Source: Utricularia gibba (Eukaryota > Plantae > Magnoliophyta). Taken from it: a stretch of DNA of 64,000 nucleotides. Of this stretch, positions 24,471-36,897 are shown piece after piece. Both the position numbers and the translations under genes were made by a program. The notes under the pieces are model-generated. The model ran no database searches, had not been told where the DNA came from, and worked only from the letters and a program-made list of their open reading frames with translations. The stretch covers positions 1,488,001 to 1,552,000 of the forward strand of contig CM007989.1 in NCBI GenBank assembly GCA_002189035.1. Reading direction: 5' to 3'. The stretch's first letter is position 1. Every line of letters starts with the position of its first letter.

Positions 24471-26844
24471 ATGTTGGCGATTCGTAGATTCTCCACGCGT
24501 TCTTGCAGGTGCTAGGGATTTTATGTTTCTTTTCTTAATTTGTGAGAATAGGAAGTGATGGGAAAGATGCTTGAAGGTCAATGTTTGAATCTTGAAATGG
24601 AGTTTATGGGCTTGCAGTCGACTTCACTTTATATTTCTGGGATTTTTTTTTTTTGCATAATTTTAGAGGCTGCTGCAGCTTGATTTAGTTGGTTTTGCTT
24701 CCCAAAGCCTGGATTAGCTGATTTTCTTTTTTTTTTTTTTCTTTGTAGGAATCCAGGACTAAGTTTTTCAGCTGTTCGACTGTGCTATGGAAAGTCTGAT
24801 GTTTGGGAAAGTGAAAACTGCAGTACTCAATTTGTTGAAAAGCAAGGAAAGCTATTCAATAGAGTTGTATCTCCCGCAAGATTTTATAACTCAAGTTGCT
24901 TCGGGAAAATCTGCAACTTTTCTTCAGAGGCAGTAACCAAGAGCAGTGGGGAGGAATTTAATAACTTGGAAGATGGTATCCCTAAACAAATTGCCTCTGA
25001 AGATGAGAATGATGGTTCCGAGCTGTCTTCAAAAGAAGAACTTTGCGAAGGCAATGAAGATGATGAATTTGAGGCATCTTTTGGTGATCTGGAAACCTAT
25101 GATGATGGGTTTGAAATCGGTGGGGGGCAAAAATTACGGGGAGATCTTCCTGTTTTACCAATGCTTAAGGCTATCCTTGTTGCTCCTGCCGTACCAGTGA
25201 GCATTGCTGTGAATAGATGGCGTGAAGAGGGGAATGAAGTAACCAAAGATGAAGTTTCATCTGCCATGTTTCATCTTAAGAAAAGAAGATTATTCAGAAA
25301 GGCCTTGCAGGTCTTAATCTAATGCCTTTTTCTTTTATTTTAGATGGAACTAAAATGCTAGTGTGCTCAAGTGATCTATCTACCATCAATATTGGGATGA
25401 TAACCTTTAGGCCTTATTTTAAGGGTTTTTAGATGCTGTGGCCTTTTTGTCTACACTTCCATCAAACACAATATTATCTGTCTACTTGTTTGATATGCAG
25501 CTTCCAGGTAGTTGAAGGGTATAGTCTATGGCCAGTTCTTATGATGCAAACGTTTAGTTGTGCAGACTGCTTAACTGCTGCATTGTTCTCTTTTTTCAGC
25601 TCTCAGAGTGGCTAGGATCTGAAAAACCTATTGATTTGTCAGAGCGGTATTATGCCTCTCATGTTGATTTAATTGCAAAAATGCGCGGTGTTGAAATGGC
25701 AGAGGAATACGTGCACAATATTCCACACTCCTTCCGAGGTGAACTCGTGTACAAGGCGCTGCTAGCTGGATGTGTTTCTGCGGCCCATTTGAAGAAATCA
25801 GAGGAAGTTTTTCACAGAATGAAGAAGTTAAACATCCCTATTTCACGCTTTGTTTGCAACAAAATGCTTCTCCTGTACAGCAAAAAAGATTACAGGAAGA
25901 TCCCACATATGCTGCGGTTGATGGAGGAAGAAAATATCAAGCCTTCACTCTTCACTTACGAGATTCTCATAAACTGGAAAGGGCAGACTAATGACATAGA
26001 GGGGATGGAGAAGGTGGTCGAGACACTAAAATCTGAAGGCTTTGAGCCAAGCACTCGAATTAAGGCTTCCCTGGCTAAGAACTATGCTGGCTCTGGGTTG
26101 AAGGACAAGGCTGAGGAGATACTGAAGGAGATGGAAGGTGATGATCTGGTAAAAAACCGTTGGGCTTGTTATTGGCTGCTTCCGATTTACGCCTCTCTTG
26201 GGCAAGAGGAAGAAGTAGACAGGATATGGAAAGTGTGCGAATCCGATCCACGCTTATTCGAATGCATGGCTGCCATAGAAGCGTGGGGAAGGCTGAGCAA
26301 AGTTGAACATGCAGAGGCTGCTTTTGAGAGGCTGCTGCAAAGGACAAAGACTCCTTCCACAAGACACGTTGCTTTCATGCTGCGTGTATATGCAGACCAC
26401 AAGATGCTGGAAAAAGGGACAGAGCTCGTGAAACGAATGTCAATGATCAATTGCAGACTCGGGCCACTGGCACGGGACGCCCTGGTGAAGCTCTTTATCG
26501 GCGCTGGAGAAATAGAGAAGGCAGCTTCTGTGATCGAGCAGTGTGTTGAAGAGAAAACTGGGAGGCCAATGTTCTCTTCTATCGTATCAGTCATGGAGAA
26601 GTTCGCGCAGAAAGGAGACGTTCACAATACTGAGAAGATGTTCCTGATGATGAAACAAGCAGGATATGTGTCGGGGGCAAGGCAGTATCAGACGCTCCTT
26701 AATGCATACGTGAACTCCAACACACCAGTCTATGGATTTGCCGACAGAATGCGAGCCGATAACATCTTTCCCAGCAGGACTTTTGCCAGCCAGTTGGCTC
26801 GTGCGGATGCATTCAAAAAGACCTCCATCTTGGAGTTGCTTTGA
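24471..26844 (+). CDS. P-class pentatricopeptide repeat protein, mitochondrial (At1g80270/PPR596-like), 3 exons
   Basis: Exons 24471-24508, 24749-25310 and 25600-26844 join in frame. Transit-like start MLAIRRFSTRS, acidic region, RKALQ|LSEWL, ERYYASHVDLIAKMRG, SFRGELVYKALLAGC and PPR repeats. Confidence 0.9.
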
Positions 26845-27342
26845 TGCTTAAACTCACGCTGAAGCTAGTGGCGTATTGCTGAACTTCACTTGGTATTTGC
26901 TTTAGCTCCTGATGAACGAATGTGTCTGCTCTAAGTTTTGGTGACTGGAGATCTGTATACTATTGATCACAGTTCAAATGAGGATTTAGGGGATTTCAAT
27001 TTAGGATTAGCATTCAATTAGTACACAGTATGCACACTCGGTTATACAAACATGCCACCCTTCTAGAATCAGATGAGCCACACAACAAGCCACCCTTTTA
27101 GAACTAGACGAACCACAACCATTATGTCCAATAAGTTGGTAACAACAACTAAGTAACTAACCTTGTAAACTTGACTCTTTACAATCCTTGCTTTGCTTTC
27201 TATGTAGTGAAAAATCTGTGCTTGACTTGCGTCCTTTGAGCTCAAGGGTACCTCCCATATCTGAAAGATCAACACAAGCTCTTTGGTGAAGTGAAGTGTG
27301 AGTGATAGAAATAATGTAACTACAGTCATTTTTCTAGGTGAG

Positions 27343-30300
27343 TTACCGCATGGAAAGTGAGCGAGAGGAGCTGGTGAGAGTTGCCGAAGCAACAGCAAGC
27401 CGGCCACTCTTTTGATCCTGCAGCTTGCAGTTGCGTATAGCAGCAACTTCCTTTTCCATGGTAGCAACTTCTCTCCGCATTTTCTTGGATTCAATTTCCC
27501 TTGCCTTGGTTAGTGTATCGACTTTTTTTGACAGCATCTATGGCGATTTCAGTAAAAGAATGAGAGAAAAGAAAGAGACAGGTTTTTTCTTTCCAAAAGT
27601 GAGTGTATGAACATACCTCAATGGCATCCTCTTTGTCCTTGAGGCTCTGAGTTTTCTCTTGGCAAGCTTTCCGCAGGGCTATAACCTCTTTCTGCAACAT
27701 ATCATACAGCGTCCCAGAGACACAGTCTTCATTTTCGTCCTTCATCTTATCCATCTTTGTATGCACATCTCTGTTCTCGCGAGGACTATGCACTACTCCA
27801 TTACTCGCATTATCTTCAGTGTGCAGGGATTCACCATCTTGCCTATCTGCAACTGGAACTACCTTGTCTCCATTGCTCAGCTTACAATCACCATTTGCGA
27901 GTTTTGATCCTTCTTGCCTCGATGGAGTACCATTTCTGATGATTTGGGCGTGCCTTTGAAAGTTCTCTAATCCTCCAAGTGACTGGCGACGTGCGCTCAT
28001 ACTTCTCCCTTGTGATGAACGGGGTGAAGCATTCGGATGCCCTTTAAATTGTTCTTCCAGAACTTTGAAGCGCAGCAGATACTTTTCCTGATGGAAGAAA
28101 AGAAAGAAAAATGAACAAGATGAGAGGAAACCAACACAGGAAACGAAGGCACAAAAATACAACAAACACCACTTGTACTTTTACCTTTAATTGTGCTTCT
28201 GCCTTGGCGGCACGTTCTGCAACCGCCAGCTTACTTTTCAACTGTTGCATCTCTCCCTGCAACCAACACAGGTATTTCTTTATTCCGCTACAGCCTCCTT
28301 GACATCAACAAGTGAGGTATCATTTTAAACCTGGTAGTATTTTCTTTCTTCCAGCCACTGTTTCACTGGCATAACTTTGTCACTAGCATCTTTCCAGTCG
28401 TTTGCAACAACAACCGCCACACGATTCGCAGACACCTTGGCTCGAGCTAGTTCACGATCTAAAATTCTTTTTTCTTCCTGTGGATGACCATTGGAAAAAC
28501 GAAACTCCATGTCATGACTATGAAAACAAATTATCCAAGAGGAATGTATCAGAAGGATGGAGAAGGGTCATCTACATTTAGTTCTTGAACTTGCCGTTGA
28601 AAATCACGAACAGCATTTGCAGCAGCACCTCCAGCCAAAACAGCCTCCTCAAGTTCACGAACAGTCTGTGTTAATTTTTCGACCTCAGAGACTTTCTGTT
28701 TATGCATCTTGTCCATTATTTTACTCTCCTCCTAGAGAAAGAAGCCACGATAGTTAGTGAATCCGCCACCATCCTTTTTACAGCATTACGCAGATAAAAG
28801 GCAAACCTGACATATTTCTATCTGTTTACTCAGTTCTTGGTTTTTGTTCTGCAAATCATCAACCAATGAAGCTTTTGCTAGAGCGATCTCCACTGTACGT
28901 TCTGCTTCCAAAAGGGCTGCTTCTTTAGATTTCGTTAATCTCTCAAGAGCCTTGTTATCCTCCTGTAGCTTTGTTACCTATGAGACTCTCATGATTTCAT
29001 GTCAGAATTTTGATCAGTAACAAGAGTCAAATTCTGTCTGAGTTTTTCTACGTACCTCTGTTTTTGCCAACTTCAGTTCAGCCTCCAAAGGTGCGAGGAT
29101 TGCCTCAATGGGAGGCATTTCATCATCTTTCTGCGCAGCATGCACTCTCCGGAGTGTAGCTTCTGCAGCAAATTGAGCTGCCAAAGCAGCTTTTTTCTCC
29201 TCGTTGATTTTTTTGATCTCTAGAGTCTGCAAGACATAAACATCAAAAGCTTAATTCTTTCAGATTCCAAGGTCAGAAAATTCAAACTGCCAAGGGATAT
29301 CTTCAAGAAGCATATGTAGAAACCTGTGGAATGGAAACAGGGATAACAGAAAAAGCTTGAAAAAACGAGATATGCACCTTGTTTTCAAGATGAGATTCCA
29401 TTGCCTTCATCTTATCATTCAGCCTCGTAAGCTCTTCAGAGAGCTGTCAAAACAGAAGTGTCAGGAGATTTTTGAATTAAGGTAGAGAGACCAACAAAAA
29501 ATCATCAGAGAAAACGCTTCAGATTATTCAAAAAAAATTTACATGTTACATGCAACAATCAAACGATGCACTGGCAACAAGCTGTAATGCAGTAATCCAA
29601 AAATACCTTCAGCAAAAAAAAATTGACAGGAACTACATATGCTAGTGCTACCGTACCTCTTCTACTGCTTTCTCCTTGAGACGTTCAGACAACTTCAATG
29701 CCTTAATTTCTGCGTTTGCCTCACCAAGTTCTCTATCTTTATCTGCATTTGGAGGACATTTTTGTTAATAGAATGTAAAAAAATGAAAGGCATAGTCATT
29801 ATCAGTTGCCACAATGCAACCAAATAACTCCTTGAAGTATTAAAGATCGACACAGTTTTGCTTTCTCAGTCTTCAGGAGATCACAAAAAGAATTAGAATA
29901 AACAAGGAGGTGGGATCTTGACAACTTTCTGGTGTTTCTTAAAATTCTACTGCGGTTTTATGTAGAACGAATCTATCCAGAGAAGCACAGGATCAAGGAA
30001 GCAAAGCCAGGGCCTTGAAGTTTCGCTTTATTTTCACTCAGTCAGAGCACAGCACATGCTAATCAACTTCGTAGTCTTGCTTTTCTCCCTTCATTCACAC
30101 GAAAAGAGGGCTTAACCTCAACAGATTCGCTTATCAAAAGTGAAAAATACGCATCACGGGGATTGCCAACTCCCCAAGTAAAAAATACACCCACCGCTTA
30201 ACCTATCAACTGTAACTCACAAAATTTGAATTTCAGACAGAGCATTGATGTCTGGGAATCAGGTAGTGCAGCATCAATCAGTTATGGTCCAGGAAATTAA

Positions 30301-30577
30301 TTTTTCAAGTAGGTCTCATAGAGAAACAAACAGTCAGATATCCTGACTCCAAGATTTGGATCAACCGCCATTGATAAAAGAAAAACAAATTCCTTCAGAA
30401 TGAAGCACCACATCCCTTACCTCGAACCTCATTCTCGAGGCGTGTGAGTTCAACCCGCACCGGATCAGAGCCATGCATCATAGTGATGATGTCATCCATC
30501 TCCACCACCGACGCCGGCTTCTTCCTCACCTTAACCATCTTCTTCGGTTCCACATCTCCATTCTGATAACTCCCCAT
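27343..30577 (-). CDS. MAP70: Microtubule-associated protein 70 family member, multi-exon
   Basis: HGSDPVRVELTRLENEVR, KKAALAAQFAAEATLRRVHAAQKDDEMPPIEAILAPLEAELK, DKVMPVKQWLEERK, VSGTLYDMLQKEVIALRK, MLSKKVDTLTKA. Confidence 0.95.
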
Positions 30578-31063
30578 CGAAATCACACGCGACACTGATC
30601 CCAATCCGAACGAAATCAAACTTGCCGACTCCCGCAAAACAACAGATCAATCAGTTCCCCGAAACTGCCTGTGATCAACTCCTCGACTGCCTCCGGCGCT
30701 TCTCTATCTCCTCAAGAAGAACAAAACGACGGGGAGAGCTGTATGTCTAACCCAGTAGTCTCCACAGTGCGAGTGAGAGAGAGAATGGAAAGCACTTGTC
30801 CTGAGTCCCGACTCCTGTCCAAGTATTTATGCGCTGTCTTCCATAGACACGGAATGCGAGGGATATATATATAGTTCCAAAAGGCTCGCATCCCCTGTGC
30901 TCCACCCCACCCTACCACCGTGCACCTGCACCTGCACACCTTTTCCCTTTTTAGCAGCAATGTTCCGTTGGCATCCAAATCTCCCATTCCAAAACCAAAC
31001 CAAAATAGCACATAATTTTCACCTCAATAAATCTAGAAAGTATTAAAAATAGTAAATTTTCTA

Positions 31064-31067
<4 letters not shown>

Positions 31068-31109
<42 letters not shown>

Positions 31110-31120
31110 GTGTGTGTGTG
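31068..31120. repeat. Compound (AT)n/(GT)n microsatellite
   Basis: Read directly: a long ATAT run followed by TGTGTG. Confidence 0.95.
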
Positions 31121-31227
31121 GTTCATGGGTTTTTTTTTCTAGAGACTTCTCCTAAAATGGTCGCCATCAGTGGGAGAAAAAAAAAGAGAATAGGGCATTT
31201 AATATTGGAATTACTTTGGAAAGTAAA

Positions 31228-31310
31228 TCCAACGGTCAAATTTGGTTGGGTGAGGGTCGCGTCATGATTGGGAAACGGATGGGCACAATTTACCGTTGAG
31301 AAAGTAACGG
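31228..31310. promoter_or_regulatory. MSA-like (AACGG) element cluster upstream of MAP70
   Basis: TCCAACGGTCA at 31228-31238 fits the MSA consensus YCYAACGGYYA. Further cores at 31274, 31293 (reverse) and 31306. Confidence 0.5.
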
Positions 31311-33513
31311 CTCCCAGGGGATGAAGAAAAAGAAGAGTGTTGAAGTTGACACTCCGTTTGCACGGCGATTAACTGGCGAAGTGAAGGGAGGGGACCGGAC
31401 CCCGTTCTTCTCCATCAAGACATCCCATACCGCTCCAACACATCCACTTACTCCTCCCACGCTTCTTCAACATTCAATCAACACAGTGCCACTGGGGGGA
31501 GATACCGGTGATTTTAAAAATATCATTTGTGAATTGAGTGTGTAATAAATCTATCTATCTTATATGTATTTTTTTTTATATGTGATATGTGTGAGAAAAA
31601 TGAAGTATGGATAGATTTCAAAACCATCTAGGGAGATATCCTAAAAACACATGTTCGTATTTTCGTGATTTTTTTAAACATCTAAAATAATTACGTCAAT
31701 TTATTTATCAAGACTATTTTATTATTTAATAAAACGAGTTTTGGTTTCTTTTATTTATGTATTTATTTTATATGAATATATGGAATATAATATTATTTTA
31801 AATATATATTTGTAAATTTTATATATTAAATAATTTTTCTATTACAACCACGCCAATTATGTTGCACGAATTCATTTATTTGAAGTAAATTCATATGAAT
31901 TTGTGAGACATGTATATTTCAAAAAAATAAAAATTTAAAAAATACAATAAATATGTCTGCCACTTTGTCAGTTGACTTCTTTGATTTTTACTCAATCTTT
32001 TTTTTCCCCTTGTGTTCTCTAACTTGTTGGTAGAAATCAGTTATTTCCCTCTGTATTTGCATCGTCGTAGTTGTTGTCGACCGTTATCACCCAAAATCAT
32101 TATTCATGTCTTTAATCTCAAAAACATAGTGTCCTAGAAATCATTTTTGGGGGTTAATTTTCAATTATCTCAATACTTATAGTTCAATACAATTTAATTC
32201 TTGATTTACATATTTTCTTTTCTATCATATTTTTCTTCACATTTATTTTTTCTGGGTATTTACTATTTCACCAATTTTGTATCTTTTAGGTTTTAAATAT
32301 TTTTTTTTATTTTAAAGACAAATATATAAACTAGTGAAAGGTTTGATGCTAAATTTTCAATAGAGGTGAAAGGGCCCGACCTGAGAAATTATAAGGATCT
32401 TAGACCAATATCAAATTGGATACTGATGAATAGAAAAATAGTTTATATAGAAATAATTTTTCTAATCTTGATTGATTCATTTTCTTTAAAAAGATAAAAC
32501 GTAAAATAATAAAGAATGTATGTCTAAAATGTGAATTGTATATATATATAAATTTACACGATTTGTACACCCACAGTCGTACATCGTCTAATTGAGTTTT
32601 TCAAAGGCATGAGTTCGATCTTTCAGTTGGGTTGGTCCCGCGGCGCGAATTAAAAATTGACAAGTAACGGGATCCAACGGCGGGGAGGCGGAGGGATCAC
32701 CGGTGCACTGCACCAACACGTAGAGAGTGAAACCCGACACCGGCACATGGTGATGAATCAATAGAAGAAAGCGTTAACCGCACATGCGCTGTCAACCTCC
32801 TACTCCTTTTCTTTTCGTTCAATGGGTTCCTAATTCCTATCCGCACACGTTCCTACCATGGGGCCCACCGCACCCTAACACAACCCACCTCGAGAAAGCA
32901 CACCCCTGCAATGACCCAATTTTTTAATGGAAAAAAAACGCATGAAGTATCATCCATTTTGTCATCAAAACAAAAAGGGTTGTGGGCCTAAGCGTAATTT
33001 CACACAGAGAGAGACATGGGTTGGGGCTCGGGGGCTGGCTCAGTGGTGGCTTTCCAACAACTAGATATGGTTGAGCGGCACTGGATCAAGCATCCATCAT
33101 TGGCGACAAATGAATGCATAGGGCGTCCCAAAGGACTATACTACTTATTCCGCCTTTATAGAGATGGTCCTCCTGCATGCCCATCATCTAAAGAGACACA
33201 TCTAGTTAGTCGACACTTACCGGAATGACACCGTGAACCGGGCGCACATGACCCTCGGTGTAGAGTATTCATCTATGATCGGGGAGGGAGATGGAAATGT
33301 GGATGCTGATGCGGAAGTCAACTATGAAAAGGTCTTCCCTCACATGCTCTGTCTTGGATGTGAAGTGTTTCTGAATCAAGGTGAGCATGATCCTTGCTGA
33401 TATGGAGATTTTTCTGACTAAAAATACATAGGAGGAGACCTCACAGATGCGTCCAAGAGGATGTTGTCAGCTTTATTGTTCCGATAATCTACAGGATCCT
33501 TGCTTGTTTTGAT

Positions 33514-34141
33514 TCATGATGGCCCAAAGCCTTTGGCAGAAGCAGCCTCCCGCTCCAGGCGCCGGCGGTCTCTCTGCTTGAATCCAGAAAGATGGGAATG
33601 AGTAAGTTTAAAAGCAAGATGAAGATGGTAAACCAGCAGCATTTAATTGCTCATTTAAAACATGAACGCCTCCACTTTGACAACTCAAGAAACACAAATG
33701 CAATGGATATACGAGAAACATGGTTGTTCTTCTGGGTGGTTCATGCGTTGTGCAGTGAAAAACAGCAAGGCAGAACAACGGGTCTTTTTTTGCATCGCCC
33801 ACGAACAGAACAAGCTCGCTAATCGAGGCCATCAAAATGGTTATCCATGTAATGACTGTGATCAAGAAGTGCGGAAAACGGCAATTGGACAGTGAAAATC
33901 TCCGATCCAATGCAGGGACCATACAAACGCTATTCCCAAATCAATCAGAAGGAAAAAAAGAATGCCACATATGAAGATTTCCAAACATTAAGAGAGAGCA
34001 ATTCCTCCTGAAACATACCCTTCTTTCCCAGTACGGAAGGAAGCAAACGAAATCATAAACAGGACCAATTGTCGAGACCAAAACCACATTCAGCCCAGTA
34101 AATAGCAGAAGAGCAGTCATAGGACGAGTCTTGTGCGGCAT
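33514..34141 (-). CDS. 60-aa single-TM plant microprotein of unknown function, 2 exons
   Basis: Exons 34019-34141 and 33514-33573 (GT-AG) give MPHKTRPMTALLLFTGLNVVLVSTIGPVYDFVCFLPYWERRRDRRRLEREAASAKGFGPS*. I recall PVYDFVCFLPYWERRR from uncharacterised small proteins of other plants. Confidence 0.8.
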
Positions 34142-34735
34142 CACTTCAAAATTTTCAAACTTCTTAACTCCCGATTCTGCAAAACCTATCACTGAAAAGT
34201 AGCCAAGCTTTCCTCACATAAATGCAATGAACCTTTCGAAAACCATGAATACCGAAACTTGGCTTCTACGGTTGAATAGGATCAGAAGCGATTGTGTTTA
34301 CCCGTCGCCGGTGTCACCTCCTCCTCATCGGCAAGGAAGCAGATACCTGAGAATCGGAAGGCGGAGATGTCGAGTTAGGGCTTATACCGAGGAAATGACG
34401 GGAAAACCCCTCGGAGATAATGAGAATAATTTTGCATTTTCAAAGAAAACAAATTAAAATTGGGAATCGGCGGCGAGATTGATAAGGCGATTTGCAGAAT
34501 CGCAGCGGCGCATCTGTTATCTTCATCGTTGTAGTCGCCTCGGAGTCGAAGGAAGCGTACGAAATCAGAAAAAATGCAGCATTTGGTGTTGCGAATCGAT
34601 TCATTGTGAGGGGATGATGGGCTCACGAGACGCGGATTCTGATTAACAGAGGTTCAGCTGTTCTTCGAGAGGAAGTTGACGTCAAGGGTGGTGTAATCAG
34701 GGATTCCTGGTTGAGCGAATGTCCCAGTGGAGCAT

Positions 34736-36521
34736 ATGAAGCAGCTGCATTATCCAGATATGTCTCTGCATCGCCGCGCTCAGGATGTAATACTGCTGAA
34801 TTTCGTCACTGAAATGGGGGATATGTTTCCTAAAAGCATTGCGGAAACAAGAAGGAAGAAGAAACCTAAAAAGGTTATTATTCCTAGGTTGAAAACATGT
34901 CTTCCTCACTCATGTTTGAAGTACAATATGAATGTCCACAGAAAAAGGAGTACAAATATCAGGAACGCAAATGTAAGTTGCAGTGAGGTTCTGTTGGTGG
35001 ACAAGTCTTTGCCTCATTTTGAAGATACTGCTACGGAAAGTATAGATCTTGAGGATGGTTTGTGTGAAGTAAGTAAGAAAATGTATGATATGAAGACTGT
35101 GATCTCTTGCTGCAATATTGAGTTGATGGAGCCTATTTTTTATGGAAGTATGAATGATCTATTCTGCCCATATTCTAATTTAGTGCGGCCAGTTTCAACT
35201 CGAAGGAAGCTCCTTGTTCTTGATGTGAATGGCCTCCTTGCAGATATCGTAATGCCAGCCCCAAAAGGCTGTAGAGGGGACATACATATCAAGAAGCGAG
35301 CAGGTATGGAGCCTATATGGGAACTTCATACAGTTCCGATCATTAACTTATCGTTTTACGAACCCTGGTTGCTCATCTTGTAGTTTTCAGGAGACCCTTC
35401 TGTCAGGATTTTCTGAATTTCTGCTTTAGCAATTTCAACGTAGCAATATGGTCTTCAAGATCCAAGTATGTGCAGTCTGCGTTTCGTTTCATATATAGAT
35501 GTTCCTGGTGCTGTCGTATTTCTTAGGTTACACCAGACAATCAAATTTTTTTTGGTCTCCATTTTTTGAATTCATTTGTCACAGCATGCTTTCCCTGTGT
35601 GTCATCGTGCACAGGAAAGTTAATGATGAGGTTGTTGATTATTTGCTGGGTAATTTAAAAGACAAGCTGCTATTCTGCTGGGTAAGAAATCTCAGAAGTT
35701 TGAGTCCGTTTTAACATAGTAGCACATTTTTCCTGCCAAGCGTCATTAGCTATGGGTTTTTGTGAACTAATCCCCGCATTTAACAGCACTGGAAGTTTGT
35801 GTTCTTCTAGTTCGTGTTGCTTATTGTGAATCGGATGCCAAGTGGTGTATGTACCTGATACATGCTGAACTTCTGTGAAAAATGTAAATCCGCAATTTCA
35901 TGCAGAATATGCAACAGAGTACACCAACGGGGTTCAGAACACTAGAGAACAAGCATAAGCCACTTGTGTGCAAGGAGCTTAAGAAAATCTGGGAAAACGA
36001 TGATCCTACTTTGCCATGGCAGCATGGAGATTACGATGAATCAAACACTTTGCTGTTGGACGATTCTCCTTACAAAGCTTTGCTTAACCCTGTACGCTCC
36101 CCATTCCTTCCAGTCTGCAACAAGTAGCTTAATTAGACCTTGCTGTGGTGTAACTTTAGTGTATGTTTTGGCTTGAACCAGTTGCATACAGCAATTTTTC
36201 CTCGTTCCTACAGCTACCCGGACGAGAGCGATGATGCCTTGGGTGAGTTTCTCTCTTTGAGCATTGATTTTGATGTAACCATGAACTTAAGATATGGATC
36301 CGGATAGACATCTGTTCTCATTTTTTTTTTTTTTTTGTGACTGATCCAATTCAGGTCCCGGTGGTGATATTCGTGTTTATCTGGAAGGTTTATTAAGATC
36401 TGAAGATGTGCAGAAGTACGTGGAGCAAAACCCATTTGGCCAAAGAGCTATAGACGGAGAAGATGGATCCTGGCAATTTTACTGTGAGGTTCTTCACAAG
36501 ATGTCTGCACAACACTACTAG
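34736..36521 (+). CDS. FCP1-homology (NIF) HAD-superfamily protein, multi-exon; start codon uncertain
   Basis: RRKLLVLDVNGLLAD, VFRRPFCQDFLNFCF, VAIWSS, KLLFCW, KPLVCKELKKIW, NTLLLDDSPYKALLNP, GPGGDIRVYLEGL, YVEQNPFGQ; stop at 36521. Confidence 0.85.
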
Positions 36522-36897
36522 CACTGGAACAAGACAAATCCTGGTTCACTTTGCAGCTCGGACATTGTCTGTTAGCTTAACTTGTAACCTGATGGCATTC
36601 CGAGTTGAAGTTCCAGTCAACTGTTGGGAAAAAAAAATGTCATTTAGCAACAGTCAGATTATAATGTGTGTACAACACACGAAAAACCAGCGCAGGTTTA
36701 ACCCTTCCATTGATCAAACCTTCTAACAAAAGTATGTTGCAAGCTTAATGGCCTTAGGTGTAATTACCAATCAGGAAACAAAAAAATAATATCCTTCAAG
36801 TTACCTGAAGCCATCATCGTGCCCAACAACTTGAACCATCAACTTCAAACTATCCAACAAGGTCAGCAGTTGCTGCAAATAATGCTTCCCACCCTCT

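Noticed and set aside
31321-31545. 74-aa ORF downstream of the MSA cluster
   Set aside because: No recognisable motif, signal peptide or splice structure.
32620-32640. GTTCGATC, resembling a tRNA/SINE B-box
   Set aside because: No A-box or cloverleaf could be built around it.
35212-35245. DVNG in place of the DxDx(T/V) phosphatase motif in the FCP1-like protein
   Set aside because: To my knowledge LD(I/V)NG is the normal state of this plant subfamily, so it is not specific to this locus.
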